A model generated the notes under the pieces. The model did not search any database and was not told the origin of the DNA. It saw only the letters and a program-made list of their open reading frames with translations. Positions 1 through 6,244 of a DNA stretch of 30,863 bases are shown in pieces. The translations under genes and the position numbers were made by a program. Position 1 is the first letter of the stretch. Each line of letters begins with the position of its first letter. Source of the DNA: Bdellovibrionales bacterium (GTDB taxonomy: Bacteria > Bdellovibrionota > Bdellovibrionia > Bdellovibrionales > JAMPXM01). Where the stretch lies: positions 1 to 30,863 of the forward strand of contig JAYUEN010000471.1 in NCBI GenBank assembly GCA_043739185.1, read 5' to 3'.

Positions 1-706
1 CGGCAGGGTAAAAAAAGCCGACCCAGTAATATGAAGCGATATGAAAGACGAATAGGAAGGCAAGGCCGCCCACTCGAAATCTAAAGTTTTTAAAGCTAAG
101 TAAAAGTGGGGCGGACAATTCGATTAAAATGACTGTTATTGCCTGCCACTGCATGAGTTCAATTTTATTGAAGGGAATTTTCCAGGAAAGACTTGCTCCA
201 GTGAGCCATTCATAATTGAGTTTCAAAGAGGCCGCGCCAACATAAAAACTGAGCATCCAGATATTGATCCAGAACTTTTTATTCGAAGAAAATAAAAACA
301 CCAAAGTTATAATATGGGGCATGAAATGATAGTTGCCCATAAAGCGGTAGTCCAGAGATTGAAATAGTAGCTTCATTACTTCGAGGCCAATAAGAAGAAA
401 CCATGTGGACTTTTTGAATATTGTTGATTGCAATAGGCCAAAAATACTTAAGATTGCATAGGTTGGCAAAAGTAAAGGAACGATGGGTAAAAGCAAAATT
501 TTGGCTGACTCGCAAGAAGAAAAAAACGGCCAACAATAACTTTGGTTCACATTTGTTAAAATTGATTCGAAGCCCTGGTAAAACCAAAATAGTGCAGTTA
601 AAAGATGAATTCCAATTAGAAAGTGGCTGTAGTTAGAAAGCAAACTGTCGGACTTTATTTCATCAATTTGCTTGTCGGCATATTTGTGAAGCTGCCAAAA
701 ATTCAT
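1..706 (-). CDS. HTTM / vitamin K-dependent gamma-carboxylase-like polytopic membrane protein (3' partial, absent from ORF track)
   Basis: Manual translation: ATG at 706 overlaps the TGA of the pentapeptide gene (ATGA) and the frame stays open for 235 codons to the edge. MNFWQLHKYADKQ...CWPFFSSC...DYRFMGNYHFM...FYVGAASLKLNYEWLTG...IELSAPLLL...FVFHIASYYWVGFFYP. These motifs parallel HTTM/GGCX motifs (NNHSYL, YFIAGVKKLDADWVEG, FHCMN). Confidence 0.8.
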   Translation of the reverse strand, partial: MNFWQLHKYADKQIDEIKSDSLLSNYSHFLIGIHLLTALFWFYQGFESILTNVNQSYCWPFFSSCESAKILLLPIVPLLLPTYAILSIFGLLQSTIFKKSTWFLLIGLEVMKLLFQSLDYRFMGNYHFMPHIITLVFLFSSNKKFWINIWMLSFYVGAASLKLNYEWLTGASLSWKIPFNKIELMQWQAITVILIELSAPLLLSFKNFRFRVGGLAFLFVFHIASYYWVGFFYPA

Positions 707-1239
707 TTAAACTCTAAGGGCATATTATTTTTGTCAGTGAAAGTGCATGCGTTGCATTTTGCATTTTTTAAATTGGCTTGGTCAAATTGAACCTTATTAA
801 AATGACAAAACTCAAAACGAACTCCACGTAAGTCGGCACGTGAAAAATCAACTTGGTCAAAATTGACAAAACTAAAATGACCTGCCTGAATTTGGCTATT
901 CAAGTACTTTACTTGCTTTTGATTTTGGTTGTAGAAAATAGCTGCTTTTAATTCAGCATTCGAAAAATCGACATTTTCAAAATCGGTATTCATGAATCTC
1001 GAAAATTGAAAGGTCGCATGCTGAAAATTGATGTTTTGAAATCTTTTATTTGAAAAAATAGAGTTGGTGATATGCGATCCGTGAAGGTCGGAGTCAAACA
1101 GTGTTTTTCCAAAAAATTTGCGTCCATCAATATGGCCGCAGGCGGCCATATTGAGAGCTGAATCTTGAGCCAATCTTGGTGGGCAATCGCCTTCTTTGCT
1201 AAGAGCCACCATCGCAACCATCAGCGCCATCGCAACCAT
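703..1239 (-). CDS. Pentapeptide repeat protein, possibly exported
   Basis: Runs of A(D/N)(L/F)xx pentapeptides (VDFSN AELKA AIFYN; VDFSR ADLRG VRFEF; ANLKN AKCNA). Start moved from 1290 to ATG 1239, which has GGAGGT 4 nt upstream and gives a hydrophobic N-terminus MVAMALMVAMVALS. Alternative start at 1149. Confidence 0.85.
   Translation of the reverse strand: MVAMALMVAMVALSKEGDCPPRLAQDSALNMAACGHIDGRKFFGKTLFDSDLHGSHITNSIFSNKRFQNINFQHATFQFSRFMNTDFENVDFSNAELKAAIFYNQNQKQVKYLNSQIQAGHFSFVNFDQVDFSRADLRGVRFEFCHFNKVQFDQANLKNAKCNACTFTDKNNMPLEFK
1127..1154. other. Perfect 13-bp inverted repeat (hairpin) inside the pentapeptide gene
   Basis: TCAATATGGCCGC-AG-GCGGCCATATTGA, about 45 nt downstream of the third pilin stop. 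No adjacent U-tract. Confidence 0.7.
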
Positions 1240-2152
1240 CCCCACCTCCATCGCCGGTATAACTTGAGCCGTCCGCACCACTCCCATCACGAGGGCCTGC
1301 GACCCATGGGATAAAGGTATTAAATCTTGTAAATCCGGGGCAGGTAATAATAGGTTTGCAAATTAAGGCACCATTGATGTCGATACGATCAATCGCAGTG
1401 TGAAGCGGACAAACGCCAACAAAAAGAAATCCGCATATTTTTTGATTTGCGCCATTGAGACCAATTACGACTTGAGCAGGTGGACAAAGTCCGACCAGGG
1501 GCAATATACAACTGCCATCACCAGCATTAAATGTGCCTCCAAAGGATGTGCAGTTTTGAGCTAGACCACCATCAATTTTAGACGGGAAGACAACAAAATT
1601 AAATTTATTAAGGTTTACTGAAGTGACTACTTTATTTACTGGCTTGAAGCTGAAGGTTCCGGTAAATCGATTTTGTGGATTCATGCAGCCGCCTACAGGC
1701 TGACAGATCGGTCGCCAAGTCACTGAATACTGAAATGAACAAGTGTCGCTGCCAGCGGCAGCGTCGAAGCCATTGCAAGTGCTGCCATCTTCTTGAAGAC
1801 CTAAAGCTGCTTGGCTTGGGTCCGTCAATATTTCGCCTGATTCATCAACCACTGAAATTGGCCAGTCATTATTTTTACGGCCTGCGCAGTCGGTATGGTT
1901 TTTAAGACAATCCATATTGGCGCTTGCAGCAATGGTTCGCGCCAAAGCATTGCCTGTACTAACTGAACTTATAATTTTACCGCGCACCTGAGATAAATTA
2001 AAACTGTGATTGAGAGAAGTTCTCATTGAAATGACGGATTGAAAACCATCAGATAAGATAATAAATCCAATGAGAATAATTAACGAAGCAACCATGGCTT
2101 CGACGATACCCACTCCATTTTGATTTCGAAGTCTTTTTAAAATTTCCAGCAT
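1199..2152 (-). CDS. Type IV minor pilin-like protein 3 (class III signal, Cys-rich, C-terminal Asp-Gly repeat tail)
   Basis: True start ATG 2152 with GGAGG 6 nt upstream. MLEILKRLRNQNG|VGIVEAMVASLIILIGF has G-1/E+5 followed by a hydrophobic helix. Paralogous to the two upstream genes. Tail RDGSGADGSSYTGDGGGDGCDGADGCDGGS. Confidence 0.85.
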   Translation of the reverse strand: MLEILKRLRNQNGVGIVEAMVASLIILIGFIILSDGFQSVISMRTSLNHSFNLSQVRGKIISSVSTGNALARTIAASANMDCLKNHTDCAGRKNNDWPISVVDESGEILTDPSQAALGLQEDGSTCNGFDAAAGSDTCSFQYSVTWRPICQPVGGCMNPQNRFTGTFSFKPVNKVVTSVNLNKFNFVVFPSKIDGGLAQNCTSFGGTFNAGDGSCILPLVGLCPPAQVVIGLNGANQKICGFLFVGVCPLHTAIDRIDINGALICKPIITCPGFTRFNTFIPWVAGPRDGSGADGSSYTGDGGGDGCDGADGCDGGS

Positions 2153-3000
2153 TCTAATCCTCCACCAGGATTTATTTTTACCGGAGCGAATCCAGAGCCA
2201 CAGCTTTTGTCTAAAAAGCCATTGTCTCGACAAACGCTTGTTCCATCCGGTTGAAAGCCTACAAAAACTTGGCCTAGGGGACAAGTCACATCAGAAACCT
2301 GGCAAGTATTTGTTACCGGGTCATAACTTCCGTGAGAAGCGCGACAACTCGCTGCCAATGTTCCAGCGGCACTTCCGCGTAAAAACTGTTTTTGAAAATG
2401 TTGAGCCAAATTAATTTTAAAAAAGTCGTCTCGACTTCCTGAAAGTAAGATTTGAATATTGATTTGAATTTTGGGGTCGATGGCCACTCCGTTTGTGACC
2501 GAAAGTAGTGTCGGAGGACACGCACCTGCGCATTGAGGTGTCCAGGTAATTGAAAAGGCAAAAGGGCAATTGTCGTTTTTAACGGCCGCAGAAAATCCTA
2601 CACAACTTGTTCCGTTGTAATCAAAACCTTTGCCGCTTGCAGGATTACCACTTGCCAAAACAGTAACGCCATCTTCGAGATAGACATCAAAAGGAGTTGT
2701 GCCTGCGGCGCAAACAGAGCCGTTCGTGGTTAAGCAATTCATGGCCGCGCCACCTTTAGTAATTATGGCTTTCCAGGCTTCATCGTTTTCAATGGTCCAG
2801 ATAACACTGTCTTCAAGAGTTTGAAGCATGGTCACGTCATCAAGTTTCTTTTTTGATGCAAAGCTCGACACAAATGAATTTGAAATGACGATCAAGCCCA
2901 TCGAAACTGAAAGCACAATGATCAGGGCCATCACCAAAGAGCTACCCTGTTTATTGCTTATTAGCCGAGCTCCAAATTTTTTTTTGATAATTTTTACCAT
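2137..3000 (-). CDS. Type IV minor pilin-like protein 2 (PilX/GspK-like, lacks Glu+5)
   Basis: Basic leader ...SNKQG|SSLVMALIIVLSVSMGLIVI with Met at +5. Shares the GFxxxGxxCxGF...NDxCPF...WxPxC core and the C-terminal CPxGQ repeat. Confidence 0.8.
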   Translation of the reverse strand: MVKIIKKKFGARLISNKQGSSLVMALIIVLSVSMGLIVISNSFVSSFASKKKLDDVTMLQTLEDSVIWTIENDEAWKAIITKGGAAMNCLTTNGSVCAAGTTPFDVYLEDGVTVLASGNPASGKGFDYNGTSCVGFSAAVKNDNCPFAFSITWTPQCAGACPPTLLSVTNGVAIDPKIQINIQILLSGSRDDFFKINLAQHFQKQFLRGSAAGTLAASCRASHGSYDPVTNTCQVSDVTCPLGQVFVGFQPDGTSVCRDNGFLDKSCGSGFAPVKINPGGGLECWKF

Positions 3001-3857
3001 ATGCTACCCGAGCTGGTTCCTACTGGATCCGTGCAGCCTGGTCCGCAATGGGCAATTCCCGTATTGTCTATACCCAATAATACCTGACCTCTGGGGCAAT
3101 CGACACCTTTGAGATGCTGGCAAATTTTATTATTATTATTGTCAAAGCCAACCAGATAATCACCTCGAGGACAAGGTCCACTATAAAAAGGCAAAGTGCA
3201 ACTTTGATCGGGGTTAAGAATGCCGCCCATTTTTGTGCACGTATCACTCAATGTAGCCGAAAAATTTGATTTAACATAAAAAATTTCAAACGAAGAAACG
3301 TTCATATTGCCAATTTGAGAAGTATCTTTAGGGGCAACATCTAATGTTACTTTAATTTGCACTACAGGATTCAAACAGCTTCCTGCGCTTGGGCAACCCG
3401 GTGCCCAGGTGGCAACGAATCTATAAGGGCAACTGTCATTACCACTAGCCAGATCAAAACCAGTGCAAGGTACGCCGTCTTTATTAAAGCCCTCGGAGCT
3501 TCCTGGCGTAGAAACTCGCGAAACTTGATTTCCTTGCGCATCGTAAATATTGAATGCTCCGCCTTGGCCGTGACAATCCGTTTTGTTGTTGAGACAGGCA
3601 AACACGCCAGCATTGGCTGGGGCACTGATTGAGTTTGTAAAAGCGGTATCGCTTTTTAAATTGTTCAAGAGCGTTGATCGAATATCGCTAATTTTAACAA
3701 ATGAGTTTGCGGACTTCGACATTTCTGACGAAATCTTCAAAACTGAAAACGCAGTCGTGAGTGCCATCGAGCCTAAAGCAACGTAAACTATGGCTTCAAC
3801 TAAACTGAAACCTAAAGCTGTGCTCAACTTATAAGACTTAGGGCCCCTAGTCTTCAT
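2994..3857 (-). CDS. Type IV minor pilin-like protein 1 (prepilin N-terminal cleavage/methylation motif)
   Basis: MKTRGPKSYKLSTALG|FSLVEAIVYVALGSMAL is a canonical G|FxxxE site. Cys-rich body. C-terminal CPRGDYLVGFD and CPRGQVLLGID repeats. Confidence 0.88.
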   Translation of the reverse strand: MKTRGPKSYKLSTALGFSLVEAIVYVALGSMALTTAFSVLKISSEMSKSANSFVKISDIRSTLLNNLKSDTAFTNSISAPANAGVFACLNNKTDCHGQGGAFNIYDAQGNQVSRVSTPGSSEGFNKDGVPCTGFDLASGNDSCPYRFVATWAPGCPSAGSCLNPVVQIKVTLDVAPKDTSQIGNMNVSSFEIFYVKSNFSATLSDTCTKMGGILNPDQSCTLPFYSGPCPRGDYLVGFDNNNNKICQHLKGVDCPRGQVLLGIDNTGIAHCGPGCTDPVGTSSGSIW

Positions 3858-4404
3858 TGACGTCTCCCGTTTGGTCCGAAAGACTTCGTAAAATGGATTT
3901 TTTCATATAGCGAAATCTTTCATTTGTATAGCCTGTATAGGCGGTAAGCTCCTTGGTTTTTTTGTTTTCGACTAAGACGGCGGGTAGCCGATTCATTTCT
4001 GATGGAGCTTTGATTTTACTTCGAACTACATGAAAGTGTTCAATCGCGGGCATAGCTTTTAATTTATCCTTTACGGCTAAGTTAATTTCTTCATCTAAAC
4101 AATACCCTAATATTTGAATTTTGCCATTCGCTTCGGGATTCTCTTTTAGTTCTTTTAAAGACAAATAGGCCTTCTCACAATATTCGCACCACGAGGCCCA
4201 AATAAAATGCACTACAATGGGGGCGTCCGTTTTTGGGGTTTGATCTGTGACCTGTGCAAAAGCTTCTTTTTTTACCTTGATATCATTTAAATATTCTTGC
4301 AACTTCTTATCAGATGTTGAGTTCGTAAAGCCTATTAGGCTCTGGGGCCCAATGAAGACAATCAGAATCAGCGTCAACAATGATTTAATCTTTTTACCTA
4401 TCAA
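3847..4404 (-). CDS. Exported TlpA/DsbE-like thiol-disulfide oxidoreductase
   Basis: N-terminal signal/TM segment, VVHFIWASWCEYC active site, and a RLPAVLV cis-Pro-like loop. Overlaps the pilin 1 start by 11 nt. Confidence 0.85.
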   Translation of the reverse strand: MIGKKIKSLLTLILIVFIGPQSLIGFTNSTSDKKLQEYLNDIKVKKEAFAQVTDQTPKTDAPIVVHFIWASWCEYCEKAYLSLKELKENPEANGKIQILGYCLDEEINLAVKDKLKAMPAIEHFHVVRSKIKAPSEMNRLPAVLVENKKTKELTAYTGYTNERFRYMKKSILRSLSDQTGDVNED

Positions 4405-4445
4405 AGCTTTTTCCTAAGTAAATAATTTAGTCACACCTTAGTATA

Positions 4446-4670
4446 CTATGATTCAATTTTGTTGCTAACCATTAATGTTATAGAATCGATACTTATAAAT
4501 TGTTTTTGGTCATATTCTATAGGCGAAATCTCAAAATTAAACGTTTCTTCAAGCCTGATAATGAGCTCAACAAGCGCCAAGCTATTTAATTGTTTATTGA
4601 TCGGTTCTGTTGAATCAATTGTTCCGCCTAAATCTTCGACAATTTTTGATACTTTGGCTTTTAAATTCAA
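4446..4670 (-). CDS. Acyl/aminoacyl carrier protein (DltC-like)
   Basis: 74 aa and acidic. LNSLALVELIIRLEETFNFEI matches the phosphopantetheine-Ser helix II motif (D/N-S-L...ELI..LEE.F). TTG start with GGAAG upstream. Confidence 0.85.
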   Translation of the reverse strand: MNLKAKVSKIVEDLGGTIDSTEPINKQLNSLALVELIIRLEETFNFEISPIEYDQKQFISIDSITLMVSNKIES

Positions 4671-4873
4671 ATGAGACTTCCATTTCTAGCTTTGATTTTC
4701 ATCTTTTCGCTAATCCAAAATGTATACCCTTCGATCCATTATAGGTTTGCAACTTATCATCAGTTAAAAAAATTACTTTTGCTAGTATTTCTGCGGATAA
4801 GTTAATTCATAAAAATGCTTAACAAGAGTTTCTGACATAGACTTTGTGATAGAAGTTTGGAACCCTGAGTACA

Positions 4874-6244
4874 ATGATATCCGCCGCGCATCAACTTTGT
4901 CAGAAACTAAGCCCTGAGTTTGTATATCAGGGCATTCACAAGCTTATAAATAGACTCATCAGGCTATTGAATCGAATTTTGTTAAATGAAAGCTATCTTC
5001 AGCTGCGCATCGGCGTCAGCGTTGGCTTGATTTCGACTCTCTATATATTATTTTTCAGATATGTTTCAAGGTCTCCTGAGCTCACAGGGCAAAGCGTAAG
5101 TTTTTTTGAGCTGCGCTATTTTTGGATTATTCCTAGTTTGGTGCCACTGGTTCTTATTACTGATTATATCGTTTTACTCTGCCGTGGAGCGGCCCAGATT
5201 TCAATTTTTGTCGCCTTTGGGCTGGCCTTTTACTTCATACCTGAAATGACTTCTTATGAGAGCTTCATTTATCATCCGCTCTTGATTCGCGTCTCAATGT
5301 TTTTTGTTTTGTCATCGCATATGTTTTTTCTCTTTGCGTGTCGAAGTCTTAAGGTTTCGACACGCCTTATGATTTTCTTCTTACTAGAAATGGGCCTCAT
5401 TATATTCTTTACCAAATTTGGGCAAGAACATTTTCTTGAAAGTTTTTGGGTCATTCAGCCGTATCGATATATCTTTATATTTTCTGTATTGTCTGCTGAG
5501 TCGAGTAATCATATTGGTTTTAAATTTTTGAATCTTCGTTTCTTTACCTATTTGTTGAGTCCAACCAATTTTATTACGCCCTTGCCGTTGCAATTTAAAC
5601 AGTGGCATTTTAGGGGTGAGAGACATCGCTTGAAAGCTAAGGCTATGTTCTATCTTCTTTTAGGACTAGTTGCACTTATGGGAACGGCGGTCATGCAGCT
5701 GTTAAAGCATAAGGTTTTTTATTTGCATCATGGTTCCTACCTTGCATGGTTTCTCGGCGGCGGGTTTAATTATTTATATTTCTTTTTGTTTAGTTATTCG
5801 AATATTACAATTCCGACTGCACTTTTTTGGTGGTTCGGAATTGAAGTGCCAGAGGCATACGATTTGCCGCTTCTTGCAACCAACCCACAGGATCGCTGGC
5901 GTCGTTGGAACTTTCATTTTTATGATTGGTATTTTAGGTTTATATTTTTTCCGATTTATAAATCGACGAGAAGCCAATTTTTAGGAGTGATGACGGTCTT
6001 TGGTGCAACTTTGTTTATTCATTTAGGCGGCTACAATCACGAATTGCTTGGAGCGGTTTTTACCAATAATTTGTCGCGTACTTATCTGAAAAAGATGGCA
6101 TTTTTTATGGGGCATGGATTATTGGTATATATTGGTATGCGATTCACGCGCTGGTTTCCTGCTGGCGATAAATTGAGTGGTTGGTTAAGCGTCATAGGGA
6201 TGTTTGTGATCATGAGCTTTTTACATTATATTTTAATGTTATGA
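4874..6244 (+). CDS. MBOAT family membrane-bound O-acyltransferase (DltB/AlgI-like)
   Basis: Polytopic. FSYSNI...GIEVPEAYDLPLLATNPQDRWRRWNFHFYDWYFRFIFFP matches the MBOAT PxNFxxP..A....FWxRW(H/N)...W....(I/V)xxP motif. Putative catalytic His in TLFIHLGG, and a downstream GHGL. Confidence 0.9.
   Translation: MISAAHQLCQKLSPEFVYQGIHKLINRLIRLLNRILLNESYLQLRIGVSVGLISTLYILFFRYVSRSPELTGQSVSFFELRYFWIIPSLVPLVLITDYIVLLCRGAAQISIFVAFGLAFYFIPEMTSYESFIYHPLLIRVSMFFVLSSHMFFLFACRSLKVSTRLMIFFLLEMGLIIFFTKFGQEHFLESFWVIQPYRYIFIFSVLSAESSNHIGFKFLNLRFFTYLLSPTNFITPLPLQFKQWHFRGERHRLKAKAMFYLLLGLVALMGTAVMQLLKHKVFYLHHGSYLAWFLGGGFNYLYFFLFSYSNITIPTALFWWFGIEVPEAYDLPLLATNPQDRWRRWNFHFYDWYFRFIFFPIYKSTRSQFLGVMTVFGATLFIHLGGYNHELLGAVFTNNLSRTYLKKMAFFMGHGLLVYIGMRFTRWFPAGDKLSGWLSVIGMFVIMSFLHYILML

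Noticed and set aside
279..636. ORFs 279..587 (-) and 421..636 (+)
   Set aside because: Alternative-frame or antisense shadows of the HTTM gene at 706..<1.
1127..1201. Programmed frameshift or readthrough fusing pilin 3 to the pentapeptide domain, stimulated by the hairpin
   Set aside because: No slippery heptamer in pilin 3 at a suitable distance, the hairpin is about 45 nt beyond the stop, and the downstream gene has its own SD/ATG.
2153..2284. 44-aa N-terminal extension of pilin 3 in the ORF track
   Set aside because: It overlaps pilin 2. ATG 2152 has a GGAGG RBS and gives a normal prepilin leader.
4720..4767. 15-codon ORF MYTLRSIIGLQLIIS upstream of the MBOAT as a DltX-like peptide
   Set aside because: Too short, no RBS, and no C-terminal FIYxxF motif.
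4446..6244. Calling these genes dltC/dltB
   Set aside because: No dltA or dltD is visible and the context is a diderm pilin locus, so only family-level similarity is supported.
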